Assembly (NCBI GenBank): GCA_005774545.1
Contig: VAUL01000005.1
Coordinates: 11,489 to 75,488 of the forward strand
From: Deltaproteobacteria bacterium
GTDB lineage: Bacteria; Desulfobacterota; Desulfuromonadia; Desulfuromonadales; BM103
Length of the DNA stretch: 64,000 bases
Direction: 5' to 3'
The notes below the pieces were generated by a model. That model had not been told where the DNA came from. It searched no databases and saw only the letters and a list, made by a program, of their open reading frames with translations. The translations under genes were made by a program, and so were the position numbers. Shown here in pieces: positions 29,180-38,180 of this stretch (positions are counted from its first letter, which is position 1; each line of letters opens with the position of its first letter).

Positions 29180-29947
29180 CTACTCCGCGCCGCGCAGTTT
29201 CCAGATGTGCTCCCGGCGGTGGTCCCACCAGCGGCCGTCGGTCACGGCGGCAAGGCTTTCGCCGACGAGCACCAGGGTCAGGGCCGGTCGGCGGTCGGGG
29301 CCGGCGAGGTTGAAAAAATCCCGGTCGCCGACCTTGCCGACGATATCGTCGAGGGTCCCCTGCACAACCTCCTCGCCGGGGAGCCCCAAGCGGTGCAGGA
29401 TGGCGATCGGCACGCTGCGCCCGTAACCCGTGCGCAGCTGAGCCGCCAGTTCGGGGAGCGGGATGTTGTTCATGTAGATCAGCAGGGTCACGCCCGGGGC
29501 CGCCAGTTCCCCCATCGTCGGCGCGCCGGGCGTGTCGCCGAGAGTCCGCGGCGAAGCCAGGATGGCACGGTTGCACACCGCCGGCAGATCGAGGGTCTTT
29601 TTCAGGTGTGCCGCGGCGGCATTGGCCGTACCGACCCCCGGCACCACCACGGCGCGGTCACCGAGGGCGTCCACCAGGGATTGAAACGGCGAATAAAAGG
29701 TCAGATCGCCGGGAACCAGAAAAGCAACCGAACCAGATTCCAGTTGCAGATCGACAAGATCGAGCAGTTCCCTGAAGTAATAGTTGAACGGTACGAGCAC
29801 CGTCTTGTGCTCCAGGTGGGCCGCGAAGGTCTCCTCGAAAGGCGTTGGCGCGTAGACCACCGCACAGTCGGCCAGCAACCGGGCCGCCCGCAGCGTGAGC
29901 AGGTCCGGATCGCCGGGGCCGGCGCCGAGAAAATAGGCGCGATTCAA
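29180..29947 (-). CDS. tetrapyrrole-methylase-superfamily SAM-dependent methyltransferase (CbiF/CobM-like fold)
   Basis: AYFLGAGPGDPDLLTLRAARLLADCAVVY...GDLTFYSPF......VVPGV....AAAA......GVTLLIYM. TTG start at 29945-29947 sits 8 nt after AAGGAG and overlaps the tlyA stop. The track ORF is over-extended. Confidence 0.7.
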   Translation of the reverse strand: MNRAYFLGAGPGDPDLLTLRAARLLADCAVVYAPTPFEETFAAHLEHKTVLVPFNYYFRELLDLVDLQLESGSVAFLVPGDLTFYSPFQSLVDALGDRAVVVPGVGTANAAAAHLKKTLDLPAVCNRAILASPRTLGDTPGAPTMGELAAPGVTLLIYMNNIPLPELAAQLRTGYGRSVPIAILHRLGLPGEEVVQGTLDDIVGKVGDRDFFNLAGPDRRPALTLVLVGESLAAVTDGRWWDHRREHIWKLRGAE

Positions 29948-30690
29948 GGGGTCCGCTCCTTGCGCAGGTGGATGAGAAACTCGCGGTTCCCCTTCTGGCC
30001 GAGCACCGGGCTGTCGGTCACGCCGAGAACCGTGCACCCGAGCCGGGCGGCTTCGCCGCGAACCCGTTCGATGACCGCCGCATGCTGCTCCGGGTCGCGG
30101 ACGATGCCGCCCTTCCCCACCTGCCCCCGGCCGACTTCGAACTGCGGCTTGATCAGAGCCACCACCTCGGCCTCCGGCGCCAGCAGCGCCAGGGTGGGCG
30201 GCAGAACCTTGTCGAGGGAGATGAATGAGGCATCGATTACGGCGAGATCGGGGACGGCATCGAGGGCCTCCGGGGACAGCTGCCGGATATTGGTTCGCTC
30301 CATGCACACCACGCGCGGATCCTCGCGCAGCTTCCAGGCCAGCTGGCCATAGCCGACATCGACCGCGAAGACCCTGGCGGCCCCGCGCTGCAGCAGGCAG
30401 TCGGTGAACCCGCCGGTGGAGGCGCCGACATCGAGCGCCGTGCGGCCGGCGACAGCGACGGCAAAGGCTTCCAGCGCGTGGTCCAGCTTGACGCCGCCGC
30501 GCGACACGAAGGGGATGTCGTCGCCCTTGAGGCGGATGGCGACGCTGACGTCAACCTTTATGCCGGCCTTGTCAACGGCATGTTCGCCGACCACCACCTG
30601 GCCGGCAAGGATCAGGGCGCGGGCCCGCTCGCGGGACGAAGTCAGGCCGCGATCGACCAGCAGCTTGTCGAGACGCTCCCTGGCGGGCAT
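29944..30690 (-). CDS. tlyA: TlyA family rRNA (cytidine-2'-O)-methyltransferase
   Basis: RLDKLLVDRGL..SRE.A...I..G.V.V.......G......I.......FVSRGG.KL..AL..F.......LD.GASTGGFTD.LLQ.GA..V.AVDVGYGQL..K. Confidence 0.9.
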   Translation of the reverse strand: MPARERLDKLLVDRGLTSSRERARALILAGQVVVGEHAVDKAGIKVDVSVAIRLKGDDIPFVSRGGVKLDHALEAFAVAVAGRTALDVGASTGGFTDCLLQRGAARVFAVDVGYGQLAWKLREDPRVVCMERTNIRQLSPEALDAVPDLAVIDASFISLDKVLPPTLALLAPEAEVVALIKPQFEVGRGQVGKGGIVRDPEQHAAVIERVRGEAARLGCTVLGVTDSPVLGQKGNREFLIHLRKERTP

Positions 30691-30693
30691 GGG

Positions 30694-31242
30694 CTAAAAG
30701 GCGGCCACCAGCCCGCGCGGCGGGACCGCCGGACGGGCCTTGTGGAGGCAGTCGCCGAGGAAGTCGCTGAACAGGCGTTCGATGCGATCGAGCTGGTCAT
30801 GCAGGAGATGGCCGTCGGGGAGCAGGTGCAGGACGGCGCGATGGGCGGCAGCGAACTGCTGGACGTTGGCCGGCGGCACGATCTCGTCGTCCCAGCCGTG
30901 GACGATGGTCAGACGGCAGGCCTGCGGGGCCGGCGCCGAAACGGCGTAGCCGGGGAGCCCTACGGCCGGGGCCAGCAGAAAGAGACCGAGTGGCTGCAGG
31001 CGGGCGGCGGCAGCCGCGGCGACATAGCCGCCCATGCTCGAACCGACCAGCACGAGCGGCCCGGCGAGGCCGGCGGCGAGGTCGAGCAGGCGCCCGACCC
31101 GCTCCTCCGGATCCTGGGTGTCGCGATCATCGGTGCTGATCACCCGGCAGCCGTACTGCTCGGCAACCCGTGCCAGACGGCGGATTTTCGTACCCCACGG
31201 ACCGCTTTCGCGGCCGTGGCAGAAGCAGACGGTGGCGCGCAT
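30694..31242 (-). CDS. small alpha/beta hydrolase (YqiA/UPF0227-like esterase)
   Basis: 182 aa; CFCHGRESGPWG, nucleophile elbow GSSMGG, and a C-terminal HGWDDEIVP...DGH. Start at ATG 31240-31242 behind GGGGGAA. The upstream track extension is Arg/Pro-rich junk. Confidence 0.65.
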   Translation of the reverse strand: MRATVCFCHGRESGPWGTKIRRLARVAEQYGCRVISTDDRDTQDPEERVGRLLDLAAGLAGPLVLVGSSMGGYVAAAAAARLQPLGLFLLAPAVGLPGYAVSAPAPQACRLTIVHGWDDEIVPPANVQQFAAAHRAVLHLLPDGHLLHDQLDRIERLFSDFLGDCLHKARPAVPPRGLVAAF

Positions 31243-31342
31243 CGTTCCCCCACGGAATGGATGGCGCACCATAGCATGAAAAGCCGGCGAGGGGAATGCC
31301 GTCGACTGGCTCCGCCCCGGCCGCAGACGCTTCCCGGGAATT

Positions 31343-32089
31343 TCACGCCGCCTGCATCTCGACCAGGTATTCCCAGTATTTGAGCGGCATGAACCGGCGC
31401 TGCCGGCGTGGGCTGACGCGCTCCGGCACGGCGATGCTGCGATGGAAGCCCCGCCACAGTTGCTGGTAACCGGCCTCCTCCGGAGACCACGCGATCTCCT
31501 CCGGAACGTCGAGGCGGCCGAGCAGATAGCGACGGCCGTCGCCGATGGCGCCCAGATTCCGGCGCACGTCGTGCAGCACCCAGGGGCGGTCGAGGCGCCG
31601 GGCAAAGTGGGGCGCAAGCAGCGGCAGCACGTTGGCGTCAGCCTGCAGCGGGGCGTACAGGATCCCGTCAACGGTCTCCCGGAAGCGCGCCAGCCCCTGC
31701 AGGCGGTGCCCCTCCCGGGCGGTACGGCCGGCCCAGCAGTGGACGGCATGGACATCGGGATGAGCCAGACAGGCATCCAAACCACGGCCAAGCTTCCGGC
31801 CGAGAGCGAGGTAGCGCCAGATCATCATCTCGATCCCGGCGTGTTCCGAGAGGAACGCCAGCCGGACATTGTCGACGGCCCGCGACGAATAGGCGGTGGC
31901 GATGAACCGGCGCTGCTCGGCAGCCGCCTGCACATCGGTAGCAATCTCCTCGACCATGTCGAACAGCCCGGGAGGCTCGTAGGGAGGACGTCTGATATCG
32001 GCCGGTTCCACTCCGCGTTCGGAGCACCGCCGACAGAGCGTCAGGAGCCCGGCAAGGGTTCCGTCGTAATGCACGATCATCCTATCCCT
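31343..32089 (-). CDS. DUF4130 / TIGR03915-type putative DNA metabolism protein (partner of radical SAM TIGR03916)
   Basis: MIVHYDGTLAGLLT......RF.........L.....W...L...F..R.......I.D.R.........W...F....I..R.N.R......P...W.YL.E pattern. 8-nt overlap with the upstream radical SAM gene. Confidence 0.7.
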   Translation of the reverse strand, partial: RDRMIVHYDGTLAGLLTLCRRCSERGVEPADIRRPPYEPPGLFDMVEEIATDVQAAAEQRRFIATAYSSRAVDNVRLAFLSEHAGIEMMIWRYLALGRKLGRGLDACLAHPDVHAVHCWAGRTAREGHRLQGLARFRETVDGILYAPLQADANVLPLLAPHFARRLDRPWVLHDVRRNLGAIGDGRRYLLGRLDVPEEIAWSPEEAGYQQLWRGFHRSIAVPERVSPRRQRRFMPLKYWEYLVEMQAA

Positions 32090-33356
32090 CCCCGGGCGGC
32101 GCCGCCGGCACGCCGGCGAACAGCGGCAGCTGCCGGGCGGTTCGGCTGACAGCCGGTGCGGTCGCAAGCAGGTGCGACGCGGCAGCCTCGCCACGCTCGC
32201 CGAGGTAGCGCCCGGCGGCGGTGAGAAACCAGCGGGCCCGCTTCATCACCACGCCGAGGCGCGGCAGATCGTCGCCGTGCAGCGGGCCGGCTCGGCGGGC
32301 ACTCACGATGCGGCGGGCCGAACGGACGCCGATACCGGGAACGCGCAGCAGCATCTCGTAATCGGCCCGGTTGATTTCGACAGGAAAAAGTTCAGGGTGC
32401 CGCACGGCCCAGGCGGCCTTCGGGTCGAGACGCTCGTCAAGATTCGGGCTGGCGGCATCGAACAGTTCTTCGACGGAAAAACCGTAGAAACGCAGCAGCC
32501 AGTCGGCCTGATAGAGTCGATGTTCACGAAGCAGCGGCGGTCCGGTCAGCGCCGGCAGGCGATTGTCGGCCACGGCCGGCACGTACGCCGAATAATAGAC
32601 GCGCCGCAGGTTCATTCGCCGGTAAAGGGCTTCACTCAGCGTCAGGATCTCGCGGTCAGGTTCCGGCGTCGCACCGACGATCAGCTGGGTGCTCTGCCCG
32701 GCCGGGGCGAAGTCCGGCGCATGCCGCGACCGGCGACGCTCCCCGGCGGCCGCCTCGAGCAGGGTGCCGGCCGTGCGCATCGGAGCAAGCACCGCCTCGC
32801 GATCCTTGTCCGGCGCCAGACGGTGCAGGCTGGCAGAGGTCGGCAGTTCGATGTTGACGCTGAGCCGGTCGGCAAGGCGCCCGGCCCGCTCGACCAGACG
32901 CGGATCGGCGCCGGGAATCAGCTTGAGATGGATGTAGCCGTGAAAGCGATACTCCTCCCGCAGCAGCCTGACCGTCTCGACCAACGCCTCCATGGTTTCA
33001 TCGGGCGTGGCAAAGACGCCGCTGCTCAGGAACAGCCCCTCGATGTAGTTGCGGCGATAGAAGGCAACCGTCAGTTCGGCGACTTCGCGGGGAGTGAACG
33101 ACGCCCTCCGGCCGTCGTTGCTGCGCCGGTTGACGCAGTAGGCGCAGTCGTACCGGCAGCGGTTGGAAAACAGCAGCTTGAGGAGGGAGATGCAGCGGCC
33201 GTCCGCCGACCAGCTGTGACAGACCCCTGCCGGACGGCCGCTGCCAAGCCCGGCGCCGCGGGGTCGCGCGCTGCCGCTCGAGGCGCAGGAGGCATCGTAG
33301 CGGGCGGCCGCAGCAAGGATGTCGATCTTGTCGAGAAGCGAGCAGGTCTCTTCCAT
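32082..33356 (-). CDS. putative DNA modification/repair radical SAM protein (TIGR03916-like)
   Basis: KIDILAAAARYDASC...LLKLLFSN.C.YDC.YC.NR radical-SAM CxxxCxxC, plus a C-terminal helix-hairpin-helix-like LLRVPGIGVRSARRIV. Confidence 0.8.
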   Translation of the reverse strand: MEETCSLLDKIDILAAAARYDASCASSGSARPRGAGLGSGRPAGVCHSWSADGRCISLLKLLFSNRCRYDCAYCVNRRSNDGRRASFTPREVAELTVAFYRRNYIEGLFLSSGVFATPDETMEALVETVRLLREEYRFHGYIHLKLIPGADPRLVERAGRLADRLSVNIELPTSASLHRLAPDKDREAVLAPMRTAGTLLEAAAGERRRSRHAPDFAPAGQSTQLIVGATPEPDREILTLSEALYRRMNLRRVYYSAYVPAVADNRLPALTGPPLLREHRLYQADWLLRFYGFSVEELFDAASPNLDERLDPKAAWAVRHPELFPVEINRADYEMLLRVPGIGVRSARRIVSARRAGPLHGDDLPRLGVVMKRARWFLTAAGRYLGERGEAAASHLLATAPAVSRTARQLPLFAGVPAAPPGEG

Positions 33357-33424
33357 GGGATCCTCATCGAAGGCTTCACCACGGATGATCCTGCAGTCGC
33401 GTGACAGCTTAAGTCACATCGCTG

Positions 33425-35833
33425 TCATTTGCCCAGCACCCGCTTCAGCGAGTCCTCAAGCAGACGTTGCGTCGGGCCCGGCGGCGCCTGTTCTGCCGGG
33501 GCGGGGGCACCATCCGCCGGCGCCTGCCCGGCCGGTCTGCCGGTATTCTCCTTCTTCAGCAGCCTGTCGATCCCCCGCTGCAGTTCGTGCTGCAGCACCC
33601 TGCCGGCCTGCCCCTGCACCCCCGCCGGATCAAGGCCGTAGCGGGGCGAACGCATGCTGCCGGACACCAGCAGCGGCAACTGGCTCCACCCCTCGGCGTC
33701 GACCAGGTAGCGGGTCACCTTGCCGCCCCGGTCGAGTCGGGCGGTCAACTCCGGGCTGAGCCGGGTGTCCATGGCCACGCGCATGCTGCCGTCGAGACCG
33801 AGCACGCCGCGCGGGAAGAGCTTGATCCGGTCGCTGACAATGAGGCTGTCAATATCGGCCCGGCCACCGCCGAAGCGGGCCTTGCCGCGGAACTCCCGGA
33901 AGGGGATCTCGTCCATCGGCCCCAGTTGCAGGAATGCGGCGAACTCCCTGACCAGCGCCGAGCTGTGCATTTTGCCGTCGGCCAGGTTCATGGCGGCATC
34001 GCCCGTCAGGTTCCGGCTGATCTCGACCCAGCGGGTGCCGCGCCCGCCCAGGTCCGCCTGCAGGTCGAGCCGCCCGGTCAGGGTGCCGGCGGCGCCCGGC
34101 GCCAGGGCCGGCAGCAGGGACTGCACCTCGATCCCGCGCAGCGCAATCAGCGCTTCATAGGCAAGCCCCGCCACACGCAGGTCGACCCGGGCGGAGTTGC
34201 TGAACGAGCCGCCGGCGACGTCGCCGGTCATCCGGCTGATCGTCAACCGGTTGTCCTGCAGCACATAGTCGGCGACGAAATTCCTGACCGACAGCCCCCG
34301 CCAGGCGCCCTCGCCGATACGCACGGTGCCGGCGGCACGCACCGGCAGATCGAACGGACCGATCTCCCGGGCGGGTGCCACCGGCCCGGCCGGACCGGTG
34401 GCCGGCGCCCCACCGGAACCGGCTGCCGCCGGCCTCCCGGTCAGGGCCTCGATCGGAAAGCGCGGCGCGGTCAGGTCGGCGGCAACCTCCAGGGGGCGGG
34501 AGAAGAGATCCTGCACCCGCACCTTGAGCCGGGCCGAATCGTCGCCGAGACGGACGTCCAGGGCATCGGCCTGCAGGCGACCGCCATCGAGATGCAGGCT
34601 CCCGTCGATGCGCGGCCGGACGTCGCCGAAGGTCGCCTGGACCTGAGACAGGGTCGCGGTCCCGCGCTGCAGCATCTTCGCCGGCCGCTCCAGGGGGCCG
34701 TTCAGCTTCAGTTCGGCGCTGACGCTGCCGGCCAGGTCGAGGGGGGCGACCCGGTCGAGCAACCCGGACGGCAGGGCGGTCTTGAGCCGGGCCAGATCGA
34801 GAGAGGGGATCGTGATCCTGAGGTCGCCCTGCGGTCTGTCCTTGAAGCCGCCGAGTTCACCGTCAACCTTTGCCGTCAGCCCGTTGAAGATCAGCTCGAG
34901 CGCCTTGAGCGTCAACCGGTCGCGCTCCGGGTCGAAGAAAAAATCGAAGGCGGCCTCGCCGTTGCCCCCCTTCAACGGCGCCGTCGGCAGGGTAAGGAGA
35001 AAGAGGTCGAGTTCGCGCGCCGCCAGGGTGCCGCGTCCGGCGACCGTCCGCCCCTGCAGGTCGAATTCCCCCTTCAGGTCGAGCAGCAGCCGGCTGAGCT
35101 TGCCCGGCACCTTGCCGCGGAAATACGGCTCGAAGGCCGGCACGTCGAGCCCCTGCAGATCGACGGCGAGCCGGCCGCTCTTCTGCCGGGGGCGGACCAC
35201 GCCCTCCGCACTCAGTTGCGCGCCCTGCAGGCGCGCCGCAAGCCTGACCGGAATCTCCCCCTCGCGGCTGATCCCGGCGGCGTCGAGTTCCACGGCCTGC
35301 AAATCGATGGTGGCGCCAACCTGGCGGTCAACCAGCGTCAGGCTCCCGTCCCGGATGCGCGCCGCGCTGACCAGCAGATCGAGCGAGGCCTTCCCGGCAG
35401 CGGTCGCGTCCTGTTCGGGCGCAGCCGCCGGCACGGCCTCGGGCGGCGACAGGAGATCGCTGACGTTGAAGGTGCCGTCGGGCTGCCGAATCACGCGGAT
35501 GCGCGGGCGCTCGAGCGACACCTCGTCGACGACCACTCGCTTCGACAGCAGCGGCAGCCACTGGAAGCGGAGGTGGACCCGGTCGGCGGCCACGAACGGC
35601 TCGCTTGCCCCGGGATCGCCGATCGTCAGGCCGTGCAATTCGATGCCGGAGAAGAGACCCACCCTGATCTCCCCCAGGTCGATGCGGCGATGCAGGGATT
35701 TCTCGGCCAGCGGCAGAACCACGGCCTTGACCCGTTCGGGCGTTACATAAGCCTTCACCAGTGCCGCCAGCACGGCCAGCGCCACAACGGCTACGGCAGC
35801 GATTCCACCGGCAACTTTCAGAACCTTGCGCAT
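33425..35833 (-). CDS. AsmA family outer-membrane biogenesis protein
   Basis: An N-terminal TM anchor, then I.LGEIRVGLFSGIELHGLTIGD, followed by a long beta-rich body and a C-terminal AsmA_2-like region. Start at ATG 35831-35833 behind GGAGGGG. Confidence 0.8.
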   Translation of the reverse strand: MRKVLKVAGGIAAVAVVALAVLAALVKAYVTPERVKAVVLPLAEKSLHRRIDLGEIRVGLFSGIELHGLTIGDPGASEPFVAADRVHLRFQWLPLLSKRVVVDEVSLERPRIRVIRQPDGTFNVSDLLSPPEAVPAAAPEQDATAAGKASLDLLVSAARIRDGSLTLVDRQVGATIDLQAVELDAAGISREGEIPVRLAARLQGAQLSAEGVVRPRQKSGRLAVDLQGLDVPAFEPYFRGKVPGKLSRLLLDLKGEFDLQGRTVAGRGTLAARELDLFLLTLPTAPLKGGNGEAAFDFFFDPERDRLTLKALELIFNGLTAKVDGELGGFKDRPQGDLRITIPSLDLARLKTALPSGLLDRVAPLDLAGSVSAELKLNGPLERPAKMLQRGTATLSQVQATFGDVRPRIDGSLHLDGGRLQADALDVRLGDDSARLKVRVQDLFSRPLEVAADLTAPRFPIEALTGRPAAAGSGGAPATGPAGPVAPAREIGPFDLPVRAAGTVRIGEGAWRGLSVRNFVADYVLQDNRLTISRMTGDVAGGSFSNSARVDLRVAGLAYEALIALRGIEVQSLLPALAPGAAGTLTGRLDLQADLGGRGTRWVEISRNLTGDAAMNLADGKMHSSALVREFAAFLQLGPMDEIPFREFRGKARFGGGRADIDSLIVSDRIKLFPRGVLGLDGSMRVAMDTRLSPELTARLDRGGKVTRYLVDAEGWSQLPLLVSGSMRSPRYGLDPAGVQGQAGRVLQHELQRGIDRLLKKENTGRPAGQAPADGAPAPAEQAPPGPTQRLLEDSLKRVLGK

Positions 35834-35834
35834 G

Positions 35835-36329
35835 TCACCCCTCCGAAGCATTTAGCGGATCATCGCATCCGGCCACGGCGAGCACCGCCCGCCACTCGTC
35901 CGCCGTCACCGGCTGGACCGAAAGGCGGCAGCCGCGCCGCAGCACCATCATCCCGGCCAGCAGCGGATGCGCGGCGAGCTCGGCACGCGTCACCGGTCGG
36001 GGGAGGCGCCTCCGGAAGGCGACATCGACCATGTACCAGATCGGGTTGGCCGGGGACGCCTTCGGATCGTAATGGTCGCTGCGGGGATCCCGGGCGGTGT
36101 GATCGGGGTAGCCGTTGCGAACGACCTCGGCCAGACCGACGATTCCCGGCTCGGCACAGCTGCTGTGGTAGAACAGCACCCCGTCGCCGGCGTGGATTTC
36201 GTCGCGCAGCAGGTTGCGCGCCTGGAAGTTGCGCACGCCGTCCCACGGGGCGCCCCCTTGCGGCGCCCGCGCCAGATCATCCAGGGAGAAGCAGGTCGGC
36301 TCGGATTTCATCAGCCAGTAGCGCGGCAT
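35835..36329 (-). CDS. EVE domain-containing protein
   Basis: YWLMKSEP..FS.DDL......WDGVRN.QARN.LR.....GD.VLFYHS......IVG.AEV.....PD. AGGAG SD before ATG 36327-36329. Confidence 0.88.
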   Translation of the reverse strand: MPRYWLMKSEPTCFSLDDLARAPQGGAPWDGVRNFQARNLLRDEIHAGDGVLFYHSSCAEPGIVGLAEVVRNGYPDHTARDPRSDHYDPKASPANPIWYMVDVAFRRRLPRPVTRAELAAHPLLAGMMVLRRGCRLSVQPVTADEWRAVLAVAGCDDPLNASEG

Positions 36330-36525
36330 GGCAAAAAACTCCTGAAACTTGATCTCTGTCAAAGCGCCCGGGCGGGCAAACGATTAGCTTGACGTCAACG
36401 CAAGGCTCGCCCTTTGAAAATTATAGCAAAGACCGGTCCGCAACCGGATGCAAAATGGCAAGTATCTGTTAAGATTGCAAACCTGAACACCAACCAGCCA
36501 CACAACCACGCAAGGAGGAAACGCA

Positions 36526-38154
36526 ATGTCCATGTTCTGTTACCAGTGCGAGCAGGCCGCCAAAGGGACCGGCTGCACCGTCATCGGCGTCTGCGGCAAG
36601 CAGCCCGACGTCGCCGCCCTGCAGGATCTTCTGGTCTACACCCTCAAGGGGGTGGCTTTCTGGGCCGACAAGGCCCGCGCCCAGGGGAAGAAGGACCAGG
36701 AGATCGACCGCTTCATGATCGACGGCCTGTTCACCACCGTCACCAACGTCGACTTCGACGCTGCGGCGGTCAGCAGGTTCGTCGCCGAGGGGGTGCGCCT
36801 GCGCGAGAAGGCCCGCCAGCTGGCCGGCCCCTGCGACTGCGCCTGCACCATCCCCGCCGCCGCCCAGAACTGGGCGCTGCCGGCCTCCATCGAGGAGCAG
36901 GTCAAACTCGGCGAACTGCACGGCGTCAGGGATTACGCCGTCGATGCCGACGTCCACTCGGTGCGCGAGATCATCACCTACGGCATGAAGGGTTACGCCG
37001 CCTACGCCGACCACGCCCGCATCCTCGGCCAGGAGTCCGACGAGATCTACGCCTTCACCCACAAGGCGCTCGCCGCCCTGTTGGACGACAGCCTCGGGCT
37101 GATGGACTATGTCGGCCTGGCGATGGAGACCGGGCGGATCAACTACGTGACGATGGAACTGCTCAACCAGGCCCACGTCGCCGCCTACGGGCACCCGGTG
37201 CCGACCAAGGTCCAGCTCGGTACCAGGGCGGGAAAAGCCATTCTGGTTTCGGGACATGACCTCAAGTTCCTCGAGGAACTTCTCAAGCAGACCGAGGGGA
37301 CCGGCATCAATATCTACACCCACGGCGAGATGCTCCCGGCCCACGGTTATCCCGGGCTGAAGAAGTACGGCCACCTGGCCGGCAACTTCGGCGGTGCCTG
37401 GCAGGACCAGCACAAGGAGTTCCAGGAGTTCCCCGGCGCCATCATCTTCAACACCAACTGCATCCAGAAGCCGGCCGACAGCTACAAGGACCGCCTCTTC
37501 ACCTGGGGGCTGGTGCAGTGGCCCGGCGTCAAGCACGTCGACGGCTGGGACTTCTCGGCGGTGATCGCGAAGGCCAAGGAGTGCCCGGGCTTCGAGGAGA
37601 ATCCGGGGCAGGAGATCATGGTCGGCTTCGGCCACAACGCCATTCTCGGCGTGGCCGACAAGGTCATCGCGGCCGTCCAGGCCGGGGCCATCAAGCACTT
37701 CTTCCTGGTCGGCGGCTGCGACGGCGCCAAGAGCGGGCGCAACTACTACACCGAGTTCGCCGAGCAGGCGCCCAAGGACACGGTGATCCTCACCCTGGCC
37801 TGCGGCAAGTTCCGCTTCAACAAGCTGGAACTGGGCGACATCGGCGGCATCCCGCGTCTGCTCGACGTCGGCCAGTGCAACGACGCCTACAGCGCCATCC
37901 AGGTGGCGGTGGCCCTGTCCAAGGCGTTCAACTGCGGGGTCAACGACCTCCCCTTGAGCCTGGTCCTCTCCTGGTACGAGCAGAAGGCGGTGGCGATCCT
38001 GCTGACGCTGCTGCACCTGGGGATCAAAAACATCAAGATCGGCCCCAGCCTGCCGGCCTTCGTCACCCCGAACGTGCTCAACTTCCTGGTCGCGAACTTC
38101 AACATCGGTCCGATCACCACGGCCGAAGAGGACCTCAAGCAGATTCTCGGCTGA
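36526..38154 (+). CDS. hcp: hydroxylamine reductase / hybrid-cluster protein
   Basis: MFCYQCEQ...GTGC...GVCGK N-terminal cluster motif; 542 aa; AAGGAGG SD. Confidence 0.95.
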   Translation: MSMFCYQCEQAAKGTGCTVIGVCGKQPDVAALQDLLVYTLKGVAFWADKARAQGKKDQEIDRFMIDGLFTTVTNVDFDAAAVSRFVAEGVRLREKARQLAGPCDCACTIPAAAQNWALPASIEEQVKLGELHGVRDYAVDADVHSVREIITYGMKGYAAYADHARILGQESDEIYAFTHKALAALLDDSLGLMDYVGLAMETGRINYVTMELLNQAHVAAYGHPVPTKVQLGTRAGKAILVSGHDLKFLEELLKQTEGTGINIYTHGEMLPAHGYPGLKKYGHLAGNFGGAWQDQHKEFQEFPGAIIFNTNCIQKPADSYKDRLFTWGLVQWPGVKHVDGWDFSAVIAKAKECPGFEENPGQEIMVGFGHNAILGVADKVIAAVQAGAIKHFFLVGGCDGAKSGRNYYTEFAEQAPKDTVILTLACGKFRFNKLELGDIGGIPRLLDVGQCNDAYSAIQVAVALSKAFNCGVNDLPLSLVLSWYEQKAVAILLTLLHLGIKNIKIGPSLPAFVTPNVLNFLVANFNIGPITTAEEDLKQILG

Positions 38155-38180
38155 TCATCGGCAACCCTGCATAAACGAAA

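Noticed and set aside
30694-31791. Long N-terminal extensions in track ORFs (for example 30694-31791, 9731-10600, 23355-24557, 38233-39867, 29180-30307, 7521-8078)
   Set aside because: The extensions overlap the upstream gene, are Arg/Pro-rich and lack SDs. Internal ATG, GTG or TTG starts with SD motifs give proteins of the size normal for their family.
33401-33417. GTGAC-N7-GTCAC inverted repeat upstream of the radical-SAM DNA repair gene as a LexA/SOS box
   Set aside because: Only 5-bp arms. It does not match the Geobacter-type LexA motif (GGTT-N10-ACC) or other LexA consensus sequences I know. Too weak to call.
33467-36352. 961-aa plus-strand ORF (and similar long ORFs at 39990-42812, 5814-7526, 61347-63911, 7984-9690, 52319-54478 and 36469-38016) lying antisense to well-supported genes
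   Set aside because: Their translations are Arg/Pro/Gly/Ala-rich low-complexity strings with no recognisable motifs and no SD. They exactly shadow genes with clear family signatures. This is the expected stop-codon-poor antisense frame artefact in high-GC DNA.
36389-36398. TTGACGTCAA palindrome in the hcp/EVE divergent region as an HcpR/FNR-type operator
   Set aside because: CRP/FNR-family sites are 5-N4/N6-5, and this has no spacer. It may simply be a TTGACG -35-like hexamer. I also found no properly spaced -10 element or sigma-54 -24/-12 element (TGGCA at about 36457 has its TTGC at the wrong distance).
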